Below, piece by piece: positions 48,303 through 58,704 of a DNA stretch of 64,000 nucleotides (positions are counted from its first letter, which is position 1; each line of letters opens with the position of its first letter). The translations under genes and the position numbers were made by a program. Source of the DNA: Bacillota bacterium (GTDB lineage: Bacteria > Bacillota > SHA-98 > Ch115 > JABLXJ01); assembly GCA_013178125.1 (NCBI GenBank), contig JABLXJ010000008.1, positions 78,305-142,304 on the forward strand. Reading direction: 5' to 3'. A model generated the notes under the pieces. The model had not been told where the DNA came from. It did no database searches and saw nothing but the letters and a program-made list of their open reading frames with translations.

Positions 48303-49838
48303 CTACCTTGCAAGCGCCGCGCCCTGCCGGAATGCCTCTTGGAGGGCGGGATAAAGCGAGGTATAGAGCCTGTAATACCCGTCATATACCTTCACATTCG
48401 CCACATCCGGCTCGGTGTGGCTCATGATGCTGACCGTGCTCTCGGCCGCCTCCTCCACGCTCCGGTAAACGCCGACCCCGACCCCAGCAAGCAGCGCCGC
48501 TCCAAAGGCGGGTCCTTCGTCCACGTTTATCGTAACAACCTCGACATTCATTATATCGGCCTGCATCTGCCGCCACAGCGGGCTCTTTGCGCCCCCGCCG
48601 ATGGCCCTGAGCTGTTTTACCTCGATGCCGAGGCCCTTTATAATTTCGAGAGAGTCCCTGAGCCCGAACACGACACCCTCCATTACCGCACGGGCCATAT
48701 GGGCCTTCCCGTGACGCAGGCTCAAGCCAAAGAATACACCACGCGCGTTAGCATCCGCATGGGGCGTGCGCTCACCTGTAAGATATGGAAGGAAGACGAG
48801 GCCTTCAGATCCAGGCGGGATGCGCCCGGCTGCGCGCCCGATCAAATCATAGGCGTCGATACCGGAAGCCCTCTCGACCTCCTTCTCCACCTGCGCCAGG
48901 GAATCTCTGAACCACTTGAGCGACATGCCGGCCGAGAGCATTACACCCATGAGGTACCACTTGTGCGGGACTGAGTGGTTAAACGTATGCACCCGCCCCA
49001 GGGGGTCTCGTTTGACCTCATCAACCTGCGCCACGATCACACCTGAGGAGCCGATGCTCGATAGAGCGCGCCCGGTCCTCACAATGCCTGCGCCGACGGC
49101 GCCGCAGGTGTTGTCCGCCCCGCCGCCCACCATGGGCGTCCCGGCCGCAAGGCCCGTCTTCTCCGCCACCTCGCGTGTCACGTAGCCGCACACGTCCGGC
49201 GACTCGCACCACCTTGGCACTATATCAAGGGGCAGCCCCAGCCCCTCGAGGACCTCGCGGGACCAGTCCCTCCTGGCTACGTCAAACAGCAGGGTCCCGG
49301 CCGCGTCCGAAATCTCGGTGACGAGCTCGCCTGTCAGCTTGTAACGTATGTAATCCTTGGGAAGAACCACCTTCTTGACCTTGGCGAATACCTCCGGCTT
49401 GTGCTTACGGAGCCAGATTATCTTGGGAGCCGTAAAGCCTTCGAGGGCCGGATTACATGTATACTCGATCAGCTTGTCCCGGCCAATTGTATCAGTAATC
49501 CAGCGACACTCCTCCGCTGTCCTGACGTCACACCAAAGGAGCGCGGGGTGCAGGACGTTATTGTTCTCGTCTAAAAATACGGAGCTGTGCATCTGCCCAG
49601 AAAGTCCTATGCCCTTCACATCCTGGCCGGCTATCCCGGATGAGGCCAGCGCCTTTTGAATGGACCTCACCGTTGCCTCCCACCAGTCCTGCGGGTTCTG
49701 CTCCGCCCAGCCAGGTTTCGGACTGTAGAGAGGGTATTCCTCAAAGGCCTTTCCAATCGTCTTGCCGGATGGATCGCAGATAAGAGTCTTTACGCCTGAC
49801 GTGCCGATGTCGAGCCCCATTAGATAGGCCATACGCAT
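48303..49838 (-). CDS. xylB: Xylulokinase (FGGY family)
   Basis: MAYLMGLDIGTSGVKTLICD N-terminal ATPase motif; GGGA...; 511 aa. Confidence 0.85.
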   Translation of the reverse strand: MRMAYLMGLDIGTSGVKTLICDPSGKTIGKAFEEYPLYSPKPGWAEQNPQDWWEATVRSIQKALASSGIAGQDVKGIGLSGQMHSSVFLDENNNVLHPALLWCDVRTAEECRWITDTIGRDKLIEYTCNPALEGFTAPKIIWLRKHKPEVFAKVKKVVLPKDYIRYKLTGELVTEISDAAGTLLFDVARRDWSREVLEGLGLPLDIVPRWCESPDVCGYVTREVAEKTGLAAGTPMVGGGADNTCGAVGAGIVRTGRALSSIGSSGVIVAQVDEVKRDPLGRVHTFNHSVPHKWYLMGVMLSAGMSLKWFRDSLAQVEKEVERASGIDAYDLIGRAAGRIPPGSEGLVFLPYLTGERTPHADANARGVFFGLSLRHGKAHMARAVMEGVVFGLRDSLEIIKGLGIEVKQLRAIGGGAKSPLWRQMQADIMNVEVVTINVDEGPAFGAALLAGVGVGVYRSVEEAAESTVSIMSHTEPDVANVKVYDGYYRLYTSLYPALQEAFRQGAALAR

Positions 49839-50217
49839 TCATCCCTTCTTCCTCGAATCTTCCACATGGTAAGTAACATCGATCCAAGTGAAATTTACTG
49901 GGGATACCCATAAACTCCACCGCAAGGCGCAAAAAGAGATCCTCGACAGCTGTATAAAACCTATCCAGATACTGCATTACATTATTCATTGCTATTCAAG
50001 ATTCGAAATCAAGGAACCGGCTTCAGCTAACCTAGCCTTATTCTACCATGGCCCAGGCGGTAGCGTCAACCAAGTCCTGGATATTATCCAGGACCGCGCA
50101 TATTGACAACAATCCATGCCTCTGCTATATTTATCTATAGTTACTAGGGCTCCATCAGGAGTTATTAGGACTTCATCAGGCTATCCAGAAAGGTATCCGG
50201 GGAAGATGGTATACTGT

Positions 50218-50292
50218 TGGGGCGTAGCCAAGCGGTAAGGCACGGGACTTTGGATCCTGCATGCGGAGGTTCGAATCCTCCCGCCCCAGCCA
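50218..50292 (+). tRNA. tRNA-Gln (anticodon TTG)
   Basis: Folded by hand. Acceptor stem TGGGGCG/CGCCCCA with U1:A72 (characteristic of bacterial tRNA-Gln). D arm GCC-AAGCGGTAA-GGC. Anticodon stem CGGGA/TCCTG with loop CTTTGGA. T arm GGAGG-TTCGAAT-CCTCC. Discriminator G, then CCA. Close to B. subtilis tRNA-Gln. Confidence 0.9.
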
Positions 50293-50350
50293 GCAGTTTT
50301 AAGCCTCCAACCGCACATAATCGGCGAGGTTTTTTTGTTTAAAGAGCATT

Positions 50351-50977
50351 TCAATAGCTTGCAAGGAGCTCCTTCTGGAGCCTTGTAAAATACTCTTTAA
50401 CCTCAGTCCAAGTTATCCGGGTCAAGGTGATCGGGTCCACATCCCTTTCGGCGTCATCAAAAAAGGCAAGGCTCCTGATTATATGATAAAGGCTGTATCC
50501 GGTCCCTTTGTATTTATCCTCGAGAAGTTTCAAAAGCTCATTAACGGGGATGACCTCTTTACAGATCACATATAAATCGATGAAGTCCTTCTTACTACCC
50601 CGGCTCGATATAGCCGTAATCTTCATAAGCGCGATGTCCCTGAGATCAGCTATATCTATCCCTTTAAACCTTTTCACGGGGAAAAGCAGCGGGTACTTAT
50701 AAGTCATAAAACTGACCCTGACTCCGTCCAGTATTCCATGCACGGTACACCATGCTTCGCCCGTCAAGCTGAAGCTACCCAGTGAGGCTAGCCTCTGTAT
50801 CAGAGTGACTGGATCAAATTCTTCCCTTGAAAAAAAGTCGAAATCGTAAGATAGCCTATGGCCCAACTGCAACGCTGCAGCCGTGCCGCCGGCTATATAA
50901 AAACGTGACGTGAGATTGTTGCTCTTTAATGAGGCCAAAACGGACTCTCCATTCTCCGGTAATACGTTGACAAACAT
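50351..50977 (-). CDS. Nucleotidyltransferase toxin, AbiEii/MenT (DUF1814)-like
   Basis: YIAGGTAAALQLGHRLSYDFDFF matches the GGTAL..HR.S.DiDfF signature of AbiEii-family NTases. 208 aa. Confidence 0.55.
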   Translation of the reverse strand: MFVNVLPENGESVLASLKSNNLTSRFYIAGGTAAALQLGHRLSYDFDFFSREEFDPVTLIQRLASLGSFSLTGEAWCTVHGILDGVRVSFMTYKYPLLFPVKRFKGIDIADLRDIALMKITAISSRGSKKDFIDLYVICKEVIPVNELLKLLEDKYKGTGYSLYHIIRSLAFFDDAERDVDPITLTRITWTEVKEYFTRLQKELLASY

Positions 50978-51207
50978 CTAACCTCTTCCTCTGCCAGGCC
51001 ATAATAATTCTGCCAGAGACGAGCGGTCTTTCTCGAAAGGCGCCTGCTTGCGCGAATGACCTCCAACCTTTGATTATCACTGTAATAGGACATAACCCAT
51101 CTTATTGACCGGTCGTCTCCGTCTTCCAAAAGCCGCTCGATCACAAAGAAATAGTCCCTATCAGGGTTTATCCTCTTGGGGTCTACGTCCCAAAAAAACT
51201 TATGCAC
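50926..51207 (-). CDS. Small upstream partner ORF overlapping the toxin gene (putative antitoxin; unrecognised family)
   Basis: 93 aa, overlapping the toxin start by 52 nt in the usual antitoxin-upstream arrangement. No wHTH recognisable. Confidence 0.3.
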   Translation of the reverse strand: MHKFFWDVDPKRINPDRDYFFVIERLLEDGDDRSIRWVMSYYSDNQRLEVIRASRRLSRKTARLWQNYYGLAEEEVRCLSTYYRRMESPFWPH

Positions 51208-51453
51208 GAAATCGGGTAGAATAGGGCAACCCTCCCCTACGCGACTCGATTCAAGAAAGCCGTCTCTCGATCCCCTGCAGCTTTATTATATCATGGATAC
51301 CATATTTTATCATCCCGTATTTTATCCTTCATCCGCAAACCTCATCTGCAAAACGTCAAGATTTTTCATGGATATCTGGAGGAATTGGCGGCCAGAGCCC
51401 AGAATATAAAGTAGCACACAATCCCTGATCACGCTCGAAAGGAAGAGTGCCTT

Positions 51454-53103
51454 ATGCATTATCTCCTGGGAGTCGATGTCGGCACCACGCATCTCAAGGC
51501 AATCGTATTCGACGAAAAGGGGAATGAGATCTCTCGATCGATACGGAATACCCCTTCGATAGCCTTCCCCGACGGCAAAGTCGACCAAAACCCGGATGAA
51601 CTCTGGCATGCTGTCGCAGCCACGATAGCGGAGGCGGTCTCAGAGATGGGCGGCCTGGATGATGCGCGGAAGATAGAAGGCCTCGCAGTGGCGAGCGTCG
51701 CCGAGGCCGGCGTCCTGCTGGATGCCCACGGCCAGTGGCTCTATCCGATCATCGCCTGGTATGACCTGCGGACTGTGGCGGAGAGCAACTGGTGGCGCGA
51801 GACGGTCGGCCCGGAGGACATCTTCGCCGTTACGGGGCTCAACGCCGACCCGATGTATTCGGTAACCAAGATCATGTGGATAAAGAATAACCACCCCGAT
51901 GCTTATAACAAGGCGACCAGGTGGCTATGCACCTCTGATTACATAAACTACCGGCTCACAGGGGAGATGGCGATGGATCTCTCCCTCGCCTCCCGGACTA
52001 TGCTGTTCGACCAGCGAAAGCAGGCCTGGTCGGAGGAATTTCTTAGCCATGCGGGGCTTCCCATAACGCTCATGCCGCCCGCCGTAGATTCAGGCACGCT
52101 CGTAGGGAGGGTAACCCGTGAAGCTGCCCGCATGACAGGGCTCCCGGAGGGGATCCCCGTATTTGCCGGAGGGCATGACCACCTCTGCGGCGCGCTGGCC
52201 GCCGGGATCATCGGCACGGGCCTGGTGCTGGATTCCATAGGCACGGCAGAGAGCCTCCTCGGGGTCACTGATGCGCCGAGGCTCTCGCCTGAGGTTCACA
52301 AGATGGGTTTCGGCGTGGGACACCACGTGGTCAGGGATAAATATTACATTATGGGTGGCACCCTCAGCGCAGGGGCATCGATCGAGTGGCTCGCGCGAAC
52401 GTTTATAGCCAATAGCTCTGGCAGCAGCAATGCTGGCGCCCCCCACGGTTCCCATGCTGGTGCGGCGCACGGCGGCCGTGAGACTGAGACACGTGAGGTA
52501 AAAGATGTGTATCGGATAATAGAGAGCCTGGCCCGGGAGAGCACGCCCTGCGCCAGGGGATTATTCTTCCTCCCGCACCTCAGGGGGAGCGGTCCGCCAA
52601 GGCGCGATCCCATGTCGCGAGGGGTCTTCCTGGGGCTCAGGACCCATCATTCGCTGGCGGACATCACACGGGCCACAATCGAGGGCCTCTGCCTCGAGCT
52701 CCGGTCAGGCCTCCAGGCCCTGGAGGCGGCGATGGGCTCGGGCGTCCAGGAGATCCGGGCGATAGGCGGTGGGGCCAAGAATAGATTCTGGCTCGAGACA
52801 AAGGCGACCGTTCTTGGGCGTCCCGTAAAGCTGCCCGGAAATCCCGAGGCCGTGGCCCTCGGCGCAGCGCTCCTTGCGGGTATAGGGTCCGGCATCTACA
52901 AGGACGAGGCCGATGCGGTGAGGAATACCTACCGCGAGCTCGGGCAGGTGGAGCCCGACGGCGACCTGCAGCCCATCTATGATTCCGCCTATTCGATCTA
53001 TAAGTCTATCTACCCTGCTACCAGGGAGATCAGCTATTCTATCGAAACTCAATTAGAGGCTAAACTGAAGGAGCTCGAGTCCAGGTTGAATACCATAGGT
53101 TAA
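51454..53103 (+). CDS. FGGY-family carbohydrate kinase (xylulokinase/rhamnulokinase-like) with low-complexity insertion
   Basis: MHYLLGVDVGTTHLKAIVFDEKGNEI; 549 aa. S/G/A/H-rich insertion (SSGSSNAGAPHGSHAGAAHGG). Confidence 0.85.
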   Translation: MHYLLGVDVGTTHLKAIVFDEKGNEISRSIRNTPSIAFPDGKVDQNPDELWHAVAATIAEAVSEMGGLDDARKIEGLAVASVAEAGVLLDAHGQWLYPIIAWYDLRTVAESNWWRETVGPEDIFAVTGLNADPMYSVTKIMWIKNNHPDAYNKATRWLCTSDYINYRLTGEMAMDLSLASRTMLFDQRKQAWSEEFLSHAGLPITLMPPAVDSGTLVGRVTREAARMTGLPEGIPVFAGGHDHLCGALAAGIIGTGLVLDSIGTAESLLGVTDAPRLSPEVHKMGFGVGHHVVRDKYYIMGGTLSAGASIEWLARTFIANSSGSSNAGAPHGSHAGAAHGGRETETREVKDVYRIIESLARESTPCARGLFFLPHLRGSGPPRRDPMSRGVFLGLRTHHSLADITRATIEGLCLELRSGLQALEAAMGSGVQEIRAIGGGAKNRFWLETKATVLGRPVKLPGNPEAVALGAALLAGIGSGIYKDEADAVRNTYRELGQVEPDGDLQPIYDSAYSIYKSIYPATREISYSIETQLEAKLKELESRLNTIG

Positions 53104-53113
53104 ACACAAGAGG

Positions 53114-54100
53114 TTGAGCCAGGGAACGGAAACGGGGAGAGTCGCAGCAGTGATAGCTACAATTACGCCGAATCCATCGATAGACAGGACGGTATTCGTA
53201 GATGAGCTGGTGCCCGGGAAGCTTCACCGCGTCAGGCTGGTCCGACGGGACCCGAGCGGCAAGGGAGTAAATGTATCGCGCGCCTTGAAATGCCTCGGGA
53301 TGGACTCCATAGCATTCGGTTTCCTCGGCGGAGACCCGGGCAGGGAGCTCGAGGAGGGCATCAAGGCCCTTGGCATTTCGACCAGGTTCACTTGGGTTTC
53401 AGGCGACACGAGGACCAATACCAAGGTTGTCGAGGATAAGACCGGCAGGATGACCGAGATAAACGAACCCGGTCCTCTCGTTTCGGACGGCGATATCGAG
53501 AGGCTGAAGGAGACCATACTATCCGCCGCCGCGGACAAGGAATTCGAATTCGCCGTGCTATCAGGCAGCCGCCCTCCCGGGGTTCCTGATGACTTCTATT
53601 CTGACCTCGTGGCACTGCTCAATAAGCACGGTGTCAAGACCATCCTCGATTGTGACGGCTCAGCCCTCAGGCTCGGCATCGAGGCGAGGCCTTTTATGAT
53701 CAAGCCTAACAGGTTCGAGATGGAGATGCTATTTGGGAAGGCCTTCCCCTCGGCTGGCGAGATCGTAGAGGCCGCAACCGACTTGCTGGGGAAGGGCCTC
53801 TCAGTCGTCGTGATCTCGCTCGGGGCGGAGGGCGCGATCTTCGTCAGGGGGAACGCCAGGGAAAATGAGATATGCTGGGCCAGAGCCGGAGGGCCGGTGG
53901 AGCCGAAGAGCACCGCGGGATGCGGGGATACGATGGTGGCCTCCATCCTGCTGGCGCTGCAGCGCGGGTGGTCCTGGGAATACACTGCAAGGTTTGCGGT
54001 GGCCGCAGCTACTGTAGCAGCAACCAAAGAAGGGACGCAATTCCCGGCCTATGACGAAGCCCTGGATGCTTTGCGGCTCGTGAAGCTAGTCCGTCTATAA
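53114..54100 (+). CDS. PfkB-family sugar kinase (1-phosphofructokinase / tagatose-6-P kinase-like)
   Basis: ITPNPSIDRT N-terminus typical of FruK/LacC. GG dipeptide and C-terminal DTMVA...GA anion-hole region. Confidence 0.8.
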   Translation: MSQGTETGRVAAVIATITPNPSIDRTVFVDELVPGKLHRVRLVRRDPSGKGVNVSRALKCLGMDSIAFGFLGGDPGRELEEGIKALGISTRFTWVSGDTRTNTKVVEDKTGRMTEINEPGPLVSDGDIERLKETILSAAADKEFEFAVLSGSRPPGVPDDFYSDLVALLNKHGVKTILDCDGSALRLGIEARPFMIKPNRFEMEMLFGKAFPSAGEIVEAATDLLGKGLSVVVISLGAEGAIFVRGNARENEICWARAGGPVEPKSTAGCGDTMVASILLALQRGWSWEYTARFAVAAATVAATKEGTQFPAYDEALDALRLVKLVRL

Positions 54101-54243
54101 AGATAGACCCCTCGGGCTTCTCGTTTTCATGTTCATGATGCGCAGGATACGAGCGGTCGGTAAGGCGCATACCCAAAGATACCTGAGCTCGGAAGGAAGG
54201 GAGGCAATTAGGCCCGGCCTAATTCGCCGGGCCCACGCGGGGG

Positions 54244-55326
54244 TTAACAGAAGTTCGACATCAGCGCTTCAGCGTCCGTTTCCTCCATTACTGGGAATAA
54301 CAGATACAAACCATCAGAGCCGTAGCGGTTGACCAGCTTTGTGGCCTTCTCGATCCAATCTTCAACAGTCCCGTCCGATATACCTATCCAAAGCGATTTC
54401 CCCGCAGATTTAGCCTTATCATATATGGGATACCAGAGCTCGCTGCCTCCATCGGGCTTACCGGCCCCCGGCGTCCATTGCAGCGCATCCAATTCGTCTA
54501 TCTCCATCAATGCGTCCAGATGCTTAATAGCGTCCGGCCCGTCGAGGTGATAGAGTGAGTAATCCAGCCTCTTGCATTGTTTGCGCAATGATGGCTGCAC
54601 AAACTCCCTGAACTGCTTTGGCGACATCAGTGCCGAGAAATCACATTGCAGTTTGGCCGTTTTCCCCGGCCCCCATATGGAAAACGCTGTATAGCTGCTG
54701 CTGCCATCATCATCTGCCACGATATCGTAAAAGACATCATAATATCGGAAATATAGTTCGTCTATCTGATGTATGTAATCTTTCACCAACTCCGGCTCAT
54801 CCACGAGGTCAAAACAAAACTCCTGTGGCCCCCGCATAGCAGCTAAGATGTCGACATTTTCGACAATATCCGGGATATTGACCAACATATCTTTATCCGC
54901 TAGCTCCTTTGCTCGCTTCACCGACTCTACATGACGCTTCCACCAATGATTGTCAACATCGTATTTCAGCGGCCCGTGTCGGCGCCAGTTTTCTCTCACA
55001 CATGGTGTGTACCATACTGTATCCCATGCGAAATTAGGCTCCGACCCGAGGTATGTGGCCATAGAACCCGGACCGATGTTAAGGTCCACAGAAGGGAATG
55101 CTTCCGCCATGAATATATGGGTACGGCAAAAGTTACGCATCTCCTTTACAAGCCGCTCTGGATCAAGGTGTAGCGCTTCAGGGTCTTTAGGCGGTTGCAC
55201 CGGTTCAATAGGCTCCATCGGATGGCTACGCCGCGCTATAATTCTGAGCATGGGCCTACCTATGCTGGAATGGTTCCACCATGCTATAAATCGCTCCTTT
55301 GCTTCACCCCAATCTCGCTTATACAT
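54244..55326 (-). CDS. Uroporphyrinogen-decarboxylase (URO-D/MtaA)-fold family protein, divergent
   Basis: C-terminal half (LYHLDGPDAIKHLDALMEIDELDALQWTPGAG) parallels the URO-D-like paralogue at 58705..59715. Start set at the internal ATG at 55326 after a GGAGGA RBS. Confidence 0.45.
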   Translation of the reverse strand: MYKRDWGEAKERFIAWWNHSSIGRPMLRIIARRSHPMEPIEPVQPPKDPEALHLDPERLVKEMRNFCRTHIFMAEAFPSVDLNIGPGSMATYLGSEPNFAWDTVWYTPCVRENWRRHGPLKYDVDNHWWKRHVESVKRAKELADKDMLVNIPDIVENVDILAAMRGPQEFCFDLVDEPELVKDYIHQIDELYFRYYDVFYDIVADDDGSSSYTAFSIWGPGKTAKLQCDFSALMSPKQFREFVQPSLRKQCKRLDYSLYHLDGPDAIKHLDALMEIDELDALQWTPGAGKPDGGSELWYPIYDKAKSAGKSLWIGISDGTVEDWIEKATKLVNRYGSDGLYLLFPVMEETDAEALMSNFC

Positions 55327-55482
55327 TGCTATTGATCCTCCAATCTTCACCGTATCCGCTCGGGCAAGGTATGGCAGAGTTCTCCCCATCACCAGGCAGC
55401 AGCGGCAACTTGAGCAAATTCGCCACAAACAGCGTCACTATGGGGTCTAGAGGGGTAGCGGCCGCCGCTCTCTTACGCAGTC

Positions 55483-56352
55483 TCAGCCCTTCAGGCCGCT
55501 CAAGGTAATGCCTTCGATGAAATTCTTCTGGGCTGCGAAGAAGACGATTAGCACGGGCAATATCGACAGTAGTGTACCTGCCATAATCACGTTCCAATCC
55601 AGCGTTCCAAAAGTCTGGCGGAAAAGCGCCAGCCCCAAAGGCAAAGTCCGCTTGGCCATATCGTCAATCACCAATACGGGCCAGAGGAAGTCATCCCAGC
55701 TGAACATAAAGATAAAGATTCCCAGGGCGGATAAAGCCGGCTTAGATAAAGGAAGCACTATACGACTGTAAATCCCAAATTCCGAGCACCCGTCGATACG
55801 GGCTGCGTCGACCAGGGCTGTCGGGATCCCCATCATGAACTGCCGCATCAGAAAAATCCCATAGGCACTGACCAACCGGGGGATGATCAGTGCCGTTAGA
55901 CTGTTTAGCATCCCTAAGTCTCTTACTATGATGTATACTGGAATTAAGATAACCTCGAAAGGCACCATCATTGTGGCTAAGATGCCCAGAAACAAAATAT
56001 TCCTACCCCAGAAATCAAACTTGCCGAAAATGTAACCTGCCAGAGAACTGGTGAATAAGGTACCCAAGGTGATAGTGGTAGCGACGATCAGGCTGTTCCA
56101 GAGGAAGCTGAAGAAGGGGATTTCACTTAAAACTCGAGCATAGGCCGTAAACCCGGCAAACTCCGTCGGCAAAAAGCGCGGGGGAAATGAAATGGCATCC
56201 CAGTTATACTTGAAGGAGGTGGAAACCATCCAAATAAAAGGTGCCAGCATTATGCTTGCGACAAGGGCGCAGAACACTGCCTTGGCAAGATTCTTGAGGA
56301 GTTTGAGCTGGGTGTACAAGTTGATCTCCTCCCTATTCCTCCCTATTACCAT
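55483..56352 (-). CDS. Sugar ABC transporter permease (CUT1)
   Basis: EAA loop AARIDGCSEFGIYSRIVLPLSKPAL. Confidence 0.85.
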   Translation of the reverse strand: MVIGRNREEINLYTQLKLLKNLAKAVFCALVASIMLAPFIWMVSTSFKYNWDAISFPPRFLPTEFAGFTAYARVLSEIPFFSFLWNSLIVATTITLGTLFTSSLAGYIFGKFDFWGRNILFLGILATMMVPFEVILIPVYIIVRDLGMLNSLTALIIPRLVSAYGIFLMRQFMMGIPTALVDAARIDGCSEFGIYSRIVLPLSKPALSALGIFIFMFSWDDFLWPVLVIDDMAKRTLPLGLALFRQTFGTLDWNVIMAGTLLSILPVLIVFFAAQKNFIEGITLSGLKG

Positions 56353-56385
56353 GGGTTTATTTACCGCTTCGTGTACGTGGATTTG

Positions 56386-57375
56386 TCAGTACTCAAAATC
56401 CGGCTTAAAGTATTTGAGTTGTAGAATTGTTGCGACCAAAACCAGGGCAAAAAGGATAAAGGCCAAAGCCGAGGCTCTGCCCATTTCAAAGAATTTGAAG
56501 CCCGTTTCGTAGATATGCATTACCAGCGTTCGGGTGGCTGTACCCGGTCCACCCTGGGTCATGACGTAAATCTGGGTAAAAACTTGAAACGCCCCGATCA
56601 TACCTGTGACCAATACGAATAACGTAGTCGGTTTAAGTAACGGGATGGTGATATGAAGTAGTGTCCTCCACTGGGAAGCGCCGTCAACCCTGGCGGCTTC
56701 GTAAAACTCGCCGGGGATAGTGGTGAGCCCTGCTAAGAATAGCACCATAGTGTAACCTACGCTCTTCCAGACACTCATGATAATAATAGAAGGCATAGCC
56801 TGGGAGGATGAGTTTAACCATTCGTAAGGCCCCAGGCCGATAAAGCCCAGGACGTAATTAAGCACGCCGAACGTGGGCTGGTAGAGCCAAACAAACATCA
56901 AAGCCACCGCCACCATAGAGGTGACTACAGGCATGAAGATTACCCCTCGCATGAGGCTCTTAAAAGGGTCCCTCAGGCTATTGACAAAGAGGGCCAACAG
57001 CAGCCCGAAAACAATACCAAGAAGAACGTAAAAAAAGGCGAAATATATGGTGTTCTTTACCGAGACCCAAAAAACGGGGTCATTGAACGCCCACAAGTAA
57101 TTTCCCATGCCGAAAAACGGCTTTTCCTTTTCTAAAAGGCCCCAGCGGTGAAGGCTAATATAAAAAGCGGAGGTTACAGGATACACGGAGAAAATAAGAA
57201 AATAAGTCATCACCGGAAAGAGACCGATGACAATAAACCGCAACTGTTTGGCTCTGCCCGCTGAAAACCTGCGTTTGACCCTGTCTTTACGGCTCATGAT
57301 CCGAGTGACCATTGCGCTGTAACGCCTCCTTTGAAGGCCGAGAAATCGAAGATTCGATCTCTCGGCCTCAAACAT
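56386..57375 (-). CDS. Sugar ABC transporter permease (CUT1)
   Basis: EAARVDGASQWRTLLHITIPLLKP. Confidence 0.85.
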   Translation of the reverse strand: MFEAERSNLRFLGLQRRRYSAMVTRIMSRKDRVKRRFSAGRAKQLRFIVIGLFPVMTYFLIFSVYPVTSAFYISLHRWGLLEKEKPFFGMGNYLWAFNDPVFWVSVKNTIYFAFFYVLLGIVFGLLLALFVNSLRDPFKSLMRGVIFMPVVTSMVAVALMFVWLYQPTFGVLNYVLGFIGLGPYEWLNSSSQAMPSIIIMSVWKSVGYTMVLFLAGLTTIPGEFYEAARVDGASQWRTLLHITIPLLKPTTLFVLVTGMIGAFQVFTQIYVMTQGGPGTATRTLVMHIYETGFKFFEMGRASALAFILFALVLVATILQLKYFKPDFEY

Positions 57376-57390
57376 TCAAACATGTCGGCT

Positions 57391-58674
57391 CTATCTGAGT
57401 TCAGCTAATATCGCATTGATACGTTTTTCAGCTTTAGCCAGAGCTTTCTCCGGAGACTGCTCGCCTACAACCATCCGTTCCAATTCCTCTGCCATGGCTG
57501 TGTCGACCTTTGCCCAGCCCGGGATTTTGGCGTAGTAAACCTCTGCAACTTCCAGGGCTTTCCCAAAAGCTCTGATCCAAGGGTCGCTCACATATTCTTC
57601 ATTACTGTAGTTTGCCTTTCGGAAGCTGATGAACCCAATCTTGTTTGCCATCTCGAGGTATTTCTCGTCGTTTGAGAGGTACTGGAGGAATTTCCAGGCC
57701 CATTCCTTCTGGGCGGGGGACGAAGCGGCATTTACCACCCAGAACCAAGCATACATAGAAGTCACTTGACGGGCAGGGCCCTTTAGGGGTGGAATAGCCT
57801 TAAACTTGAGACGGGGATTGTTCTGCCTGAAAAAGGCTCTATCCCAGGGGCCGCCCCACATCATAGCTGACTTGCCCAAGGTAAAGGCGTCAGGAGCATT
57901 CATGAAGTTGGCATGTGTGAGTTTCGCGTAAACCTTGGTAGCTTCCAAGCCCGGGGGAGTATTGAATGCTGCTTTGGTGCCATCTTTGGAGATGTACTGG
58001 CTGCCAAAGGCTCTTACAATAGTGCTCCAGTGGATGACGTTCCAATAACCTTCTTTGGTTGCCATCAGTGTAGTTCCAGCCTGGACTAACCGCCCGTTCG
58101 CATCGTATTTATCCAACTTCTTGTTTGCTGCCAGCAACTCTTCGTATGTCGTAGGGAGCTCCAAGCCGGCCTGCTCATAGAGGTCCACATTGACAATGGG
58201 CGTGGGGATACCAATGTGCTGAATGTACCCATAGATCTTACCATTATACTCTGCACTCTGGCCGGCAACTGCCACGGTATTCTGCCGGATATCTTCAACC
58301 ACCGGTGTGGGAGCTGGGTCAAGCCAGCCACTTTTCACCAGCTCCGCCATCCACGGGCCGTGAACGCCGATGATGTCAGGAGCGGTTCCAGCAACCAGCG
58401 AGGTCATCAGTTTGGTGTATAAATCCTCATGATTTACTGTAGTGTACTCGATTTTGACGTTGGGATGCAGCTTCTCAAATTCCGTGGCTTGTTTTCTCAG
58501 CAGATCATTCCAGGGTTTGTAGTTGTGACTCAAAAACCGAAGGGTAACCTGTTCAGCTGCGGCAGAAATACTTCCTAAAGCAAATACTAGCAGCAGCATC
58601 ACTGCCCCTATAACTACGAACCTGCGGTTCAGCACTTTGATTTCTCCTCCTTTTGTTGTGCACCAGTTGTGCAC
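57391..58674 (-). CDS. ABC transporter extracellular solute-binding protein, family 1
   Basis: Signal peptide; 427 aa. Adjacent to the permeases. Confidence 0.85.
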   Translation of the reverse strand: MHNWCTTKGGEIKVLNRRFVVIGAVMLLLVFALGSISAAAEQVTLRFLSHNYKPWNDLLRKQATEFEKLHPNVKIEYTTVNHEDLYTKLMTSLVAGTAPDIIGVHGPWMAELVKSGWLDPAPTPVVEDIRQNTVAVAGQSAEYNGKIYGYIQHIGIPTPIVNVDLYEQAGLELPTTYEELLAANKKLDKYDANGRLVQAGTTLMATKEGYWNVIHWSTIVRAFGSQYISKDGTKAAFNTPPGLEATKVYAKLTHANFMNAPDAFTLGKSAMMWGGPWDRAFFRQNNPRLKFKAIPPLKGPARQVTSMYAWFWVVNAASSPAQKEWAWKFLQYLSNDEKYLEMANKIGFISFRKANYSNEEYVSDPWIRAFGKALEVAEVYYAKIPGWAKVDTAMAEELERMVVGEQSPEKALAKAEKRINAILAELR

Positions 58675-58704
58675 CCTTTTTTGTGACGTGTTGCTTCTGA
58701 CCCC

